In this document: positions 35,777 through 45,067 of the stretch, in pieces
How positions within the stretch are numbered: position 1 is the stretch's first letter
Layout: every line of letters starts with the position of its first letter
From: an uncultured virus (IMG/VR IMGVR_UViG_3300025913_000028)
Lineage: Duplodnaviria > Heunggongvirae > Uroviricota > Caudoviricetes
Virus record (IMG/VR): IMGVR_UViG_3300025913_000028
Direction: 5' to 3' (one strand)
DNA: 64,000 nt
Program-made: the position numbers and the translations under genes
The notes under the pieces: generated by a model
What the model was told of the DNA's origin: nothing
What the model saw: only the letters and a program-made list of their open reading frames with translations
Database searches by the model: none

Positions 35777-36605
35777 CTTCTATCAACCCCCTCCTCCGGA
35801 GCTTGCTCACTGCGCTCCGGAGCAGGCCCTCTGCTACGAGTTCATCGAGCAAGCGATCGCCGCGGGGTGGAAGGTGATCCCGGAGTACCCAAACTCGCGT
35901 TTCGACATGCTGCTCGTCGCTGAGGAGGGGTGCTCGACCTCGGGGGTGGCCTCCGGTACCCAGATCGGGGTTCAGGCCAAGATGAAGCTGAACGTCGAGG
36001 TGTGTGGTCAGCTCTTGCAGTCCACACGCCACACCCACTACCCCGGCCCCGACTACGTCGTCGCGCTGGTGCCGGGGAAGTCGCGTACGGATAGTGAACG
36101 GACGCTGGAGGAGATGATCAAGAAGCTGGGGTACGGCTTCTTCTACATCTACGACCACTTTGATGGGCATGACGCGCAGTGGAACAAGAAGCGCAACAAC
36201 CTCGATCACATGCTCGGCTTCGGGGAGCGGACCAAGTTCAAGAAGCAACTGAAGCTGCCGGAGGTCCACTTCTGGGTGGAACCTGGCATCGCATCGCCGA
36301 GCTCGGTGAGCACCTGGAAGATCAATGCGGTCAAGTTCTGCATCGCGCTCGATCGTGCGGGCGGCATGACCTACAAGGATTTCGCCAAGGCCCGCATGAC
36401 GCTCAAGACGTGGCGGGATGCGGGCTGGGTGGTCGAGAAGAACGAAAAATCGGGGAGGGCACAGATCTACATCCTCAACCCCGACAGCAACGAGCGCCCA
36501 GATAGACGACACCCAGACCTTCGCAAGCAACTGGAGGGACATGAAGAAAAAGAAGAAGGCGTCCTCGAAGCCCCGAAGGATGGGGAAGACGTACTCGGAG
36601 ATTGA
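35751..36605 (+). CDS. PD-(D/E)xK nuclease-like protein
   Basis: GWKVIPEY..FDMLLV..IGVQAK; PDY. Confidence 0.55.
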   Translation: MSKPKKRPDFYQPPPPELAHCAPEQALCYEFIEQAIAAGWKVIPEYPNSRFDMLLVAEEGCSTSGVASGTQIGVQAKMKLNVEVCGQLLQSTRHTHYPGPDYVVALVPGKSRTDSERTLEEMIKKLGYGFFYIYDHFDGHDAQWNKKRNNLDHMLGFGERTKFKKQLKLPEVHFWVEPGIASPSSVSTWKINAVKFCIALDRAGGMTYKDFAKARMTLKTWRDAGWVVEKNEKSGRAQIYILNPDSNERPDRRHPDLRKQLEGHEEKEEGVLEAPKDGEDVLGD

Positions 36606-36888
36606 GGAAGATGTGCAGCACTTCCTGCGTGTCGGCGGGAAGGCGGTGAAGGCGATCAGCGGCATCGATCGCTTGATCCGGGGTGGGGTCGATCATGTCC
36701 TCGGCTCTGTGGTCCGCGAGAACATGGAAGCCCGCCTCCAGCATCTGGAGCATGAGAACCAGGCGATGCGGGAGGTGCTGATCGCATTGGTCCAGGAGGG
36801 AGGCGAGATCGTTGTGTTGGCCCCCACCAAACTCTTTGCCCTCACCCTCCACAAGAGCCAGGGGCACATCACGGTACGTCGAACATGA
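36541..36888 (+). CDS. Hypothetical protein
   Basis: GGAGG SD. Confidence 0.7.
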   Translation: MKKKKKASSKPRRMGKTYSEIEEDVQHFLRVGGKAVKAISGIDRLIRGGVDHVLGSVVRENMEARLQHLEHENQAMREVLIALVQEGGEIVVLAPTKLFALTLHKSQGHITVRRT

Positions 36889-37016
36889 AGTATGCCTTCA
36901 TCTGCCTCGTCCTAATCAACTTGATGTTGATTGCTGAGTGTGAACCCCGGCACCGCTGTGTGGATACACCCGCCTGTATCTGCCGTAATGACGGCAGTAT
37001 GTGCTGGGACCGGTGA
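36885..37016 (+). CDS. 43-aa Cys-rich peptide with a signal-like N-terminus
   Basis: MKYAFICLVLINLMLIAECEPRHRCVDTPACICRNDGSMCWDR; ATGA overlap. Confidence 0.55.
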   Translation: MKYAFICLVLINLMLIAECEPRHRCVDTPACICRNDGSMCWDR

Positions 37017-37020
37017 GGCT

Positions 37021-37027
37021 CTATAAG
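37021..37027 (+). promoter_or_regulatory. Phage promoter-like motif CTATAAG
   Basis: Intergenic copy of the motif. Confidence 0.5.
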
Positions 37028-37115
37028 GGGACGTACGTGGGCAGGGGGAGCTGGAGGACATGCCATGCCTTCCCCTGCCTCTCGCGCCCGTGAGGGAGCT
37101 GGAACGGAGCAACAC

Positions 37116-37289
37116 ATGGACGACAAGACACGGGAACCCGACTTCCTCAGCGCTCTGGCGTGGCTGGACGTCGAGTACGGCACCCATAGCCCTCCGGAGG
37201 ATCCTGAATGGGACGATCCAAGTGAACGCCGGGCGCATGTCGCTCACGCCCGGATGATGGGGTGGAAGCCACCAACAGGAACATCATGA
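37116..37289 (+). CDS. Small hypothetical protein
   Basis: GGAG SD. Confidence 0.55.
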   Translation: MDDKTREPDFLSALAWLDVEYGTHSPPEDPEWDDPSERRAHVAHARMMGWKPPTGTS

Positions 37290-37783
37290 GCGAGCCGGTC
37301 TACTTCCCCAGGCCCGCCGACTGCGGCAGCGGCTGGAGGGTGTGTCGCCACAACAAGAAGGGCTACCTCTTCCAGATCTGCGACAAGCGAGGCCGGCCCA
37401 TCACATTCAGAACATTCGAGGGTGCGCAACGTCGCGCCGATGAGAAGAACATGAGCAACGAAGACTTCGTTCGCGGCAAGAAGGCCGCGGACACAGCGAC
37501 ACTCCTGATGATCCCGGAGAAGTACCGGGTGACACCCACGACCGACGAAGCCTCCTCGATTTCGATCGCGGTGGCTGCCAGCATCAAGTCGATGCTGGGT
37601 GCTCTCGAAGAGCACTACATCCTCACCAAGAATGAGGACACCGACGAGCTGTACTGGAAGGGTGGCCCGGGTAGTGATTCCGATGAGTCGGATCTGGACC
37701 CTGGTCAGCCCATCGTCCTGAACGTCAACGGCTGGCCGGTCGGAACCGCCGTCACGGCTCGAACTCCACGGAGCACAACATGA
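37286..37783 (+). CDS. Hypothetical protein
   Basis: ATGA overlap. Confidence 0.75.
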   Translation: MSEPVYFPRPADCGSGWRVCRHNKKGYLFQICDKRGRPITFRTFEGAQRRADEKNMSNEDFVRGKKAADTATLLMIPEKYRVTPTTDEASSISIAVAASIKSMLGALEEHYILTKNEDTDELYWKGGPGSDSDESDLDPGQPIVLNVNGWPVGTAVTARTPRSTT

Positions 37784-38286
37784 AGCACCCCGAAGACATC
37801 GTTCATCCCAACTTGAAAGTGCTGGACATCCCCATCACCACCAACGATGGCGACTTCGAGAGCATGGCGTTCTGCGAGACGCCGCTCGGCCGCGTCTACT
37901 TCAACCGCATGGCAGCCCCCGGCAAGCCGGCGGTGCACTATGGGTACTGGCAGTGGGGCATCGAGACTGCTCACCGCCAGGTCGATGACTTCGACACCCT
38001 CGACGACGAGAACAAGTACGTCGGTCTCGAACTTGCTGTTAAGCGGTGCGACCAATCGCTGCGAGGCATCATCAAGAACCTCGCCGATGCGAAGAAGATC
38101 AACACCCGCGTCTTCGTGAAGCAGCGCATCCCGAACGGGGACGATGGCTGGGGCTGGGGCACCGACTACTGGCACGTCTACGTCAAGAACAAGCCTGGGA
38201 TCTCCGACACGATCGTGCACACCAGCACCTCCGAGCTCATGGCGAACGAGTTCGCGAAGCTGCTGCGGGAGCTGGAAGTTGGATGA
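37780..38286 (+). CDS. Hypothetical protein
   Basis: ATGA overlap. Confidence 0.8.
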   Translation: MKHPEDIVHPNLKVLDIPITTNDGDFESMAFCETPLGRVYFNRMAAPGKPAVHYGYWQWGIETAHRQVDDFDTLDDENKYVGLELAVKRCDQSLRGIIKNLADAKKINTRVFVKQRIPNGDDGWGWGTDYWHVYVKNKPGISDTIVHTSTSELMANEFAKLLRELEVG

Positions 38287-38648
38287 CCAAGTCGGAGTCG
38301 CCTCTGGCGCGACTGTTCAAGGTAGAGCAAGGAGAGGATGGGCTCGCCTCTTGCGCGTACTGCCGTGATCGGTTTCCACAACAACTGCTGACGACCGATC
38401 ATGTGAAGGCTCGTGCGAATGGTGGGCGCAATGCTCGGAGGAACCGCGTGTTAGCCTGCGAACCTTGCAACAAGATGAAGGGTGCACAGCCCGAGGCGGT
38501 GTTCAGGGCGTGGCTTGAGTCAGAGGAAGGTCGGATCTGGGTCCTGTTTGGACCGGCGAGGAATGCCTCGGTGAAGAAGCTGAGGAAGTGGATCTCGGCT
38601 TGGAAGGACCTACATGAAGTGCTCGAACATCGACTGTATGGATGCTGA
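38283..38648 (+). CDS. HNH endonuclease
   Basis: CAYC..TTDHV...GG.N...N.V.AC..CN..KG. Confidence 0.88.
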   Translation: MTKSESPLARLFKVEQGEDGLASCAYCRDRFPQQLLTTDHVKARANGGRNARRNRVLACEPCNKMKGAQPEAVFRAWLESEEGRIWVLFGPARNASVKKLRKWISAWKDLHEVLEHRLYGC

Positions 38649-38793
38649 TGACTTGGTGTTCGGAGAACAACGGACGTGCGACGAGACGAAGTGCTCGTAC
38701 AGGTGCGCGACGTGCAAGAAGTGCGGCCGCATCCAGATGCTCGTCTACCAGCCCGTCGAGATCAAGTACATCAACCTCACGATCCGGGTATGA
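38638..38793 (+). CDS. 51-aa Cys-rich protein
   Basis: MDADD..CDETKC..CATCKKCG; stop overlaps the next ATG. Confidence 0.55.
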   Translation: MDADDLVFGEQRTCDETKCSYRCATCKKCGRIQMLVYQPVEIKYINLTIRV

Positions 38794-39137
38794 AGATCGA
38801 GGGGACTGAGGTCGTTGGTGAGGGTGCTCTCTTCCCGGAAGCCCTCATCATCGTGCGCCTGCGGCTGATGCGGCTGTGGCCGGACGGCATCGTCTACGAC
38901 GACTGCCCGATGTCGGGGCCGTGGAAGCTGAACGAACTGACGGATCTGTGGGCGCTCCCGTGCACCCTCTTCGTGTATCGAAGCGAAGAAGCTGCATTGC
39001 AGCCGGAGTACCCCGTCGAGATGCTCCAGGTCCTGGCGACGCACACCAGCATCACGCTGGTGGTTCAACAGGATGTAGATGAGAAGGCGGCGCAGGAGAT
39101 CATCCAAGCGCTGCGAGACAACTTGCTGTTGGTGTGA
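38790..39137 (+). CDS. Hypothetical protein
   Basis: ATGA overlap. Confidence 0.65.
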   Translation: MKIEGTEVVGEGALFPEALIIVRLRLMRLWPDGIVYDDCPMSGPWKLNELTDLWALPCTLFVYRSEEAALQPEYPVEMLQVLATHTSITLVVQQDVDEKAAQEIIQALRDNLLLV

Positions 39138-39139
39138 AC

Positions 39140-39679
39140 ATGAACGACAAGACCAAGGCTCAGTACTTCCCTCCGATGGTGCTCGTCGAGTGGGGTGACA
39201 AGCTCATCCGCAGGGTGGGTTCTCGCATGATGCGGGAGTTGATGGTGAGTGGGGTTCCGATGCCCGTGATGGTGGAGGACGCCATCAAAGAGATCGGCCC
39301 TCCACCTGTTAGTGGGGTCGATGTCACCAAGGATACGGACAAGTACAAGTGGCTGATGGGCCTCATCAACCACGCCCGGCGATTCGATCCGCAGGCGATG
39401 TCTGACCATGGGTTGCTGACTCATTACACGTCTGTGATGGGCGAGTACCTGCCCGACAACTCGCTGGAGGTAGGTCTCAGGGCCATCTTGGGCCTGGAGG
39501 TCCCCGACAAGGACGCGGTGGTCGCTCTCAAGTTCTTGATCCAGGACCGCAAGGACGAGCAGGAGAGGTCGAAGCAGTTCGCCGATGAAGTCAGGCGCCT
39601 CACCAAGATCATCCTCGACTACTCGAACGCCAAGGACGCCTTGCTGCGCGTGGTGACTCACGTTCCTGAGCGCGTTTAG
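39140..39679 (+). CDS. Hypothetical protein
   Basis: GAAC-ATG start context. Confidence 0.75.
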   Translation: MNDKTKAQYFPPMVLVEWGDKLIRRVGSRMMRELMVSGVPMPVMVEDAIKEIGPPPVSGVDVTKDTDKYKWLMGLINHARRFDPQAMSDHGLLTHYTSVMGEYLPDNSLEVGLRAILGLEVPDKDAVVALKFLIQDRKDEQERSKQFADEVRRLTKIILDYSNAKDALLRVVTHVPERV

Positions 39680-39681
39680 CC

Positions 39682-39695
39682 CTATAAGGAAGATG
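39682..39695 (+). promoter_or_regulatory. Phage promoter-like motif CTATAAG-GAAG-ATG
   Basis: Identical core to the copy at 21955. Confidence 0.7.
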
Positions 39696-40055
39696 GAGAA
39701 CAACATGAAGGTTGCATCTGACGACAAGAATGAGATGAGCCCGAAGGAGCGTGTCCGCCGCGACATGGAGATCCTCCAGTCGACGCGCAAGATGTGGGTC
39801 GACAAGGCCGAGACGTCCTACAAGCGGATGACGGATCGGCTGCGGGACTTCACGCAGTACCCGCTCCCCGACCACGCCAACAGCATCGCGCGCTACGCCA
39901 ACGAGCTGTCGGTGTACGTGACGCGAGTCGAGATGTGCAACGAGCAGATGGACGTCCTGCTTCGCATCATGAAGTCGCTCGGCGGCACGATGCCGGTCGG
40001 CATACGGCTTCACGTGGATCCGCGCTACAAGAAGCGCAGCACGGTGAACAAGTGA
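39693..40055 (+). CDS. Hypothetical protein
   Basis: Start at 39693 or 39705. Confidence 0.75.
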   Translation: MENNMKVASDDKNEMSPKERVRRDMEILQSTRKMWVDKAETSYKRMTDRLRDFTQYPLPDHANSIARYANELSVYVTRVEMCNEQMDVLLRIMKSLGGTMPVGIRLHVDPRYKKRSTVNK

Positions 40056-40318
40056 AGATGCAGCAGGTGTTGCAGGCTCTTCGTGAAGCCGGCTACGCCA
40101 CTGTCATCGAGAACAACATCGGGGCAGCGAAGAAGGACGATCGCTTCGTCTTCACCGTGAAGCGCATCCAAGACCTCGCCTGGTGGACGTTCGGCATCTC
40201 CACACTCTCGGGGCACGAAGCCGTGACGGTGATCCCCGAGGAAAGGCTCGACATCAAGAACATCGCGTACTACGAGTCCACCTTGAAGACCACTCTTCAG
40301 ACCCTGGAGGCCGTATGA
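40052..40318 (+). CDS. Hypothetical protein
   Basis: GTGA overlap. Confidence 0.7.
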   Translation: MKMQQVLQALREAGYATVIENNIGAAKKDDRFVFTVKRIQDLAWWTFGISTLSGHEAVTVIPEERLDIKNIAYYESTLKTTLQTLEAV

Positions 40319-40683
40319 AGACCACGACGACAGTGCAGGTTCCGGCAGGTGAGCGCACCGTCGAGAAGACGACGTGCAGCCTGTGCGGCAAGCCGTGCGG
40401 AGACGACGAAGAGCTCGATGGCGCCTACCAGGTGAAGGAAGCGGAGATCGTTCTCTCGCCGACGCACCGTGCCAAGCTCGTGGCGGGAGAAGGCGTCGTC
40501 TTGAGCCTCCACCACGCCCATCGCATCAAGATCTCCGGCAAGGAGGGCGACTCCTACGGGGGCGATGGCGGCCACGTCGAGCACAAGATCATCGACTGCT
40601 GCTACGACTGCTTCAACAGCGCCGCGATCCCGGCGTTGGAGGCGGCGGGCTTCTCGGTGCGGACCGAGATCCGGGACTACTGA
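40315..40683 (+). CDS. Zinc-finger hypothetical protein
   Basis: CSLC..CYDC. Confidence 0.75.
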   Translation: MKTTTTVQVPAGERTVEKTTCSLCGKPCGDDEELDGAYQVKEAEIVLSPTHRAKLVAGEGVVLSLHHAHRIKISGKEGDSYGGDGGHVEHKIIDCCYDCFNSAAIPALEAAGFSVRTEIRDY

Positions 40684-41069
40684 TGCGCTGCCTGAGCTGT
40701 CAGAATGAGGTGCGATCGACAGATGCCAAGTTGGTGTTGTCGATCGCTCTTTGCCCTGGGTGCGCCGCGATGGCGGAGAAGGGGATCAAGGAGCTGGAGC
40801 TGGAGACGGCTCGCGCCTTGGTGTTGGCGAAGAACACGTTCCAGCAGCACATCCTGAAGGGCGGGCTGATGCGGACGACTATCGGTGAGATCGAGCCCAT
40901 CATCACGAACTGCCCGAAGTGCGGTCTCCAGCACATCGACAAGGGCGAGTGGGCGACCAAGGCCCACAAGACCCACCTCTGTGAAGGATGCGGCACGAAG
41001 TGGCGTCCCAAGGAGACGGCAACGGTCGGGGTGAAGGAGGTTGCCGGTGGCACGAAAGAAGTCGCGTAA
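40683..41069 (+). CDS. Double zinc-finger hypothetical protein
   Basis: CLSC..CPGC; CPKCGLQHID..HLCEGC. Confidence 0.75.
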   Translation: MRCLSCQNEVRSTDAKLVLSIALCPGCAAMAEKGIKELELETARALVLAKNTFQQHILKGGLMRTTIGEIEPIITNCPKCGLQHIDKGEWATKAHKTHLCEGCGTKWRPKETATVGVKEVAGGTKEVA

Positions 41070-41598
41070 GGAGCTGCTGAAGGGAGTCGTCAAGATCCCG
41101 CGTGGCAAGTTCCCCGAGTACGACACCATGCTCGTGGCGGATGCACGTGAAGAAGTGCTTCGTGCCGTAGAGGATGGAGACACAGTCTCATGTCCGTGTT
41201 GTCAACAAGGGGCTGCGCCGTGGCCGCGAACCATGTACGTGTCGGTTGTGAAGGCGTTGATTCGTCTCTACCGTCTCAGCAAGGGCCGTCCCGGGATCTA
41301 CTTCCATGTGCAGAACGACCTTCACTCCAACGCGGGCGGCGACTTCTCCAAACTGACGCTCGGACATGGTCTCACTCGCGTGAAGAACGTGCGGACGGCG
41401 GATGAGAACGCCATGGGTATGTACTGCCTCACAGCGAAGGGCAAACTCTTCATCGAGAGGAAGGTCTCGTTGCCCAAGTACCTCGTGTTCTACAACGGCG
41501 AGATCGTGGGACGTCCAGCACTGCCGAAGGTTGGTGTTGAGGACTGCTTGGGGAAGGAGTTCTCCTACCAAGAGCTTCTGCACGGCGCATTGCTGTGA
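41047..41598 (+). CDS. Hypothetical protein (zinc ribbon plus possible winged helix)
   Basis: AAGGAGG SD; CPCC; YCLTAKGK. Confidence 0.7.
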   Translation: MARKKSRKELLKGVVKIPRGKFPEYDTMLVADAREEVLRAVEDGDTVSCPCCQQGAAPWPRTMYVSVVKALIRLYRLSKGRPGIYFHVQNDLHSNAGGDFSKLTLGHGLTRVKNVRTADENAMGMYCLTAKGKLFIERKVSLPKYLVFYNGEIVGRPALPKVGVEDCLGKEFSYQELLHGALL

Positions 41599-41834
41599 TG
41601 TCTGACGAAGACGAGGCCCTCAGCCAGTACGTGACGAAGCTGCCCGCGGGCTATGCAGCGATCATCGTCGACGAGAACGGCACGATGGTCGAGGGCATCT
41701 TCGATGATGGTGGGGACGACGTCATGTCGCGCGGCCAGGTCATCGCGATGATGATCCACACGATGCCCAAGGAAAAGCTCGACAACTTGATCCAGGAGTT
41801 CCTCATGTCCCACGACGTCGAAGGTACGGGGTGA
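41598..41834 (+). CDS. Small acidic protein
   Basis: TGATG overlap. Confidence 0.7.
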   Translation: MSDEDEALSQYVTKLPAGYAAIIVDENGTMVEGIFDDGGDDVMSRGQVIAMMIHTMPKEKLDNLIQEFLMSHDVEGTG

Positions 41835-42538
41835 GCGGATACGTCAAGCGCAGGGCGAACAACCAACGCCGGCGCATGTTGAAGAAGAGATGGAACTCGG
41901 GATGGAGGCCGTACGACCAAGTTCCTGTTGCGATGGAGCTGAACGGTCTCTACAAGAGCCTCACCGGCCTCATGATCGGAGTAGATGGCTCCATCGTCGT
42001 CACTGGCATCAACGAAGAGGGCAAGCTCATCGAGGAGATCACTCGCTTCCAGAACAAGGAGGTCGAGAGCTTCGATGCAGTGCTGGCTCGCTACGGGTTG
42101 AAGAACATCTTGATGTCATTCTCGCGGGCACACCTACAGATCGCACATGTCCGCGCGAAATCGACTATCAGAGAGGTAGGAGAGAGCCTTGTCGACGACC
42201 TCATCCGTGGTCGGAAGATCGACTACATCATCGAGGATGAGCTGGCTGACTTCAACGACGGAGCCTGGGATGCCTGGACGAAGGCGAGAGAAGACGCAGC
42301 AGACAAGCTCATCTTGGGAGCTGTGATCAAGGACCTCGACAAGCTGATGGAGGAAGTGATGGACACGAAAAAGCCGGTGGAAGAGAAGGCCGAGACCACG
42401 CAGTGTGCGAACTGCTTGGCGCTGGTGGAGGGCAAGACCCTCACCTGCATGACGTGCGGCATGGAGGACCTCGGTCCCTGTTGCATCGCGGTGGACGATC
42501 ACCCTTGCGAGGACGCAGAGGAAGAAGACGAAGGATGA
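41831..42538 (+). CDS. Mosaic hypothetical protein with a Walker-B-like fragment and a C-terminal zinc finger
   Basis: IRGRKIDYIIEDELADF; CANC..CMTC. Confidence 0.6.
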   Translation: MSGYVKRRANNQRRRMLKKRWNSGWRPYDQVPVAMELNGLYKSLTGLMIGVDGSIVVTGINEEGKLIEEITRFQNKEVESFDAVLARYGLKNILMSFSRAHLQIAHVRAKSTIREVGESLVDDLIRGRKIDYIIEDELADFNDGAWDAWTKAREDAADKLILGAVIKDLDKLMEEVMDTKKPVEEKAETTQCANCLALVEGKTLTCMTCGMEDLGPCCIAVDDHPCEDAEEEDEG

Positions 42539-43131
42539 ACATCGAGTTCCCGCAGTTCTCTGGACTGCGCTGCCTGATGATGCCCTACATCCAGGGCAAC
42601 CCCGATTCCGTGCCGGACGAATACGGCGCCTACCGCGACATCATCTCGATGGTGTTCGTGAGTCGCGACTCCGTTGGCTATCTCACCATCGACGAGTCGC
42701 GGGTGGAAGCTGGTGCAGCACACCGCGGAGCTCGCGCCAAGCACGGCCGTGCTCTGCATACCGAAGCTGGCATCATCCCGGGCACTGCTGGTTGGGGGTC
42801 ACCTCCGGGTTGGGGCCGTCGACACCATGTCACGCTCGAACGCGACGTTCGCATCCTGCTCGCCAACAACTTGGACAAGAGCTGTGCGCTCTGGGACGCC
42901 GAACACTTCGACACCTCAGAGGATGGCGACATCGGCCATCTCGCCGAGCAGTACCCGTACGATGCGGCAACGCTGATGCGCGCCGGCGACGTCCACAACA
43001 TCGGCATCTTCACGCCGCACGAGAGCCTGCCGGTGAAGACGAGCTTCGACCGCCAGTTCCTGCGCATCGTGGGTGCGGGCGTTCATGGTCGTGAGCCGTA
43101 CTTCACGAAGAATCCGAAGTTGGAGGTCTGA
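42535..43131 (+). CDS. Possible 2OG-Fe(II) oxygenase-like (DSBH) protein
   Basis: LHTE ... TPHESLP ... RQFLRI metal and 2OG ligand pattern. Confidence 0.45.
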   Translation: MNIEFPQFSGLRCLMMPYIQGNPDSVPDEYGAYRDIISMVFVSRDSVGYLTIDESRVEAGAAHRGARAKHGRALHTEAGIIPGTAGWGSPPGWGRRHHVTLERDVRILLANNLDKSCALWDAEHFDTSEDGDIGHLAEQYPYDAATLMRAGDVHNIGIFTPHESLPVKTSFDRQFLRIVGAGVHGREPYFTKNPKLEV

Positions 43132-43132
43132 G

Positions 43133-43243
43133 ATGGGCAACGACAGCGACTTGCTCGCCCTCATCGCGGGCTCCTTCATCGCCGGTATGCTCGTCGGCAG
43201 CTACACCATGCAGATCCTGCTCGCCATCGGCGTGGTGCACTGA
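43133..43243 (+). CDS. 36-aa membrane peptide
   Basis: GGAGG SD; hydrophobic. Confidence 0.6.
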   Translation: MGNDSDLLALIAGSFIAGMLVGSYTMQILLAIGVVH

Positions 43244-43623
43244 TGGCTGAGCGGTGCACCGGGCACTGCTGCGAGGACTTCATCTTGATGTACTCACCTT
43301 CAGAGCTTCACACGCTGACGAGCCACAAGGATGACGCCCTCATCGCGAGGATGGTGTTGTACAAGGGCAAGTACCGTGCGCCAAACTCCAACTTCCCTGG
43401 CGAGCCAGAAGCCCACCACTACACGTGCCGGTACTTCGACAGAGAGACTCGCGACTGCACGATCTACGAGCAGCGGCCGGACATGTGTCGTGACCACCCC
43501 TACAACAGGCCGTGTACGTTCAAGGGCTGCGAGCTCACGCCCGAGCTACGGCCCGATGTTCTTGTTCACCGTGTTCGCGGCAGGCTGAAGTACGCCCGAA
43601 AACACGAAAGCGTAGAGGAGTAA
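43243..43623 (+). CDS. YkgJ-family cysteine cluster protein
   Basis: CTGHCC..CRYFD....CTIYEQRP.MCR.HP. Confidence 0.85.
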   Translation: MAERCTGHCCEDFILMYSPSELHTLTSHKDDALIARMVLYKGKYRAPNSNFPGEPEAHHYTCRYFDRETRDCTIYEQRPDMCRDHPYNRPCTFKGCELTPELRPDVLVHRVRGRLKYARKHESVEE

Positions 43624-43625
43624 GT

Positions 43626-44069
43626 ATGCCGTTTCCCGGAGAACGCCTCGCACCTCGGGGCAACCCGAAGTCGTGGTCAGTCAAGGGAGTGAAGAGGCTC
43701 GACAACTTCAACATGCGGGTGCGCACCTTCGTCAACGGAACGACGGAACGCTGTGATGTCGAGATCGAGGATGGAGCCCACAAGCGTCGCATCCACGCCT
43801 ACGAGGGCCCGCACGCCGAGATCCATGGCGATGGGTTCGTCGCCGGCTATGCCGCCGGTGTGGCCTCGGTCGAGCTGAAGCCGCTGACGCCGCCACCCAA
43901 GCGGACAACACGGAAGCGAACGCCGGTGAAGAAAACCCTCGACGACATGTCGAAGGAGGAGCTTCTGGCTGCTCTTCGGCTCGCCGTGAAGGAGTCTTTC
44001 CCGGACGACACCTACGACGTCGAAGTCAACGCCCTCGACCTCGTCGAGCGTGCCAGAAAGGGGATGTGA
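43626..44069 (+). CDS. Hypothetical protein
   Basis: GAGGAG SD. Confidence 0.75.
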   Translation: MPFPGERLAPRGNPKSWSVKGVKRLDNFNMRVRTFVNGTTERCDVEIEDGAHKRRIHAYEGPHAEIHGDGFVAGYAAGVASVELKPLTPPPKRTTRKRTPVKKTLDDMSKEELLAALRLAVKESFPDDTYDVEVNALDLVERARKGM

Positions 44070-44419
44070 TGCCTTCCATGCCGCCGACCTCCTTCGAGGT
44101 CAGAAAGAGCGATCCCACGAAAGTGGCCGAGCTCTACATCAGGATCAGCGACATCGAGTTCTACGGGGACAAGCCCTTCAACACCGACGAGCTCATGAAG
44201 AAGCTCACCGAGGAAGTGACGAACCACGTCATCGGGAAGCTCCACGTCGGCAACGGTGTGTGGGTTCAGCGATGCACTGTCAGCGTCGGGGTTCACGAAG
44301 ACAAGATCATGCGAGAGCTTCAGGTCCTCAAGTCCGTGATGGGGATGCTCATCGATGTCGGCAAGGAGTCCCGGGACCGCATCCTGGGCTACGCGCTGTC
44401 CTTCTTCGGGAACAAGTAG
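44069..44419 (+). CDS. Hypothetical protein
   Basis: TGATG overlap. Confidence 0.75.
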   Translation: MPSMPPTSFEVRKSDPTKVAELYIRISDIEFYGDKPFNTDELMKKLTEEVTNHVIGKLHVGNGVWVQRCTVSVGVHEDKIMRELQVLKSVMGMLIDVGKESRDRILGYALSFFGNK

Positions 44420-45067
44420 ATGTCCATCAAGAGACCGCACGGGGTCTACGGTCGCAACATCGCGGAGGAGTTTGGCGGAGGAGAGGCTCAGGTCCCCTTC
44501 GCCATCTTCTTCGATGGAAACACCCTCACCGCCTACTGCCCCGAGTTTGAGATCCAGCACACGAGCACCGACATCCGTGAGCTTCGGACCAAGATGCTGA
44601 AGGCGATCGACGAGAAGGTCTCCTTCAAGTGGGAGCCGTGGCTGGAAGTTCAAGTCAACGACTTCAAGAACGAGAAGGACATGTTCTTGGCGAACGGCGA
44701 CAAGATGCAGCTCTCCATCGAGGTCGAACGCTTCGAGACAGCGGTTCGCAACGGTGAGCACTACTACCGCCACCCTGGCTCGACGAAGTTCATGAAGGGG
44801 AAGAAGGAGCCGAAGTCGCGGAAGGTGTACAGCCAGCACTCCGGCATGCATGGAGGCACCGAGTACTACAGCGTCGCGATCATTCGAGACACGCCAGAAG
44901 CGCGTGAGGCGCTGAAGAAGCTCCAGGCGGGAATGGAGACACTCTCGTCCCGCGTGATGGACCTGCTGTCCCAAGACAACATCAACAAAGCGATCGCCGG
45001 GCTACTCACGGGTGGCTCGTTGCTCGCGCTTCCTGCTCCAACAACGAAACGAAAGAAACGAACATGA
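44420..45067 (+). CDS. Hypothetical protein
   Basis: ORF directly after a TAG. Confidence 0.8.
   Translation: MSIKRPHGVYGRNIAEEFGGGEAQVPFAIFFDGNTLTAYCPEFEIQHTSTDIRELRTKMLKAIDEKVSFKWEPWLEVQVNDFKNEKDMFLANGDKMQLSIEVERFETAVRNGEHYYRHPGSTKFMKGKKEPKSRKVYSQHSGMHGGTEYYSVAIIRDTPEAREALKKLQAGMETLSSRVMDLLSQDNINKAIAGLLTGGSLLALPAPTTKRKKRT

Noticed and set aside
11993..42171. CTATCA matches inside genes (about 11993, 32056, 35780, 42165)
   Set aside because: Mostly explained by Tyr-Gln codons and lacking the NAAG-AT context; 42165 might be an internal promoter but is unsupported
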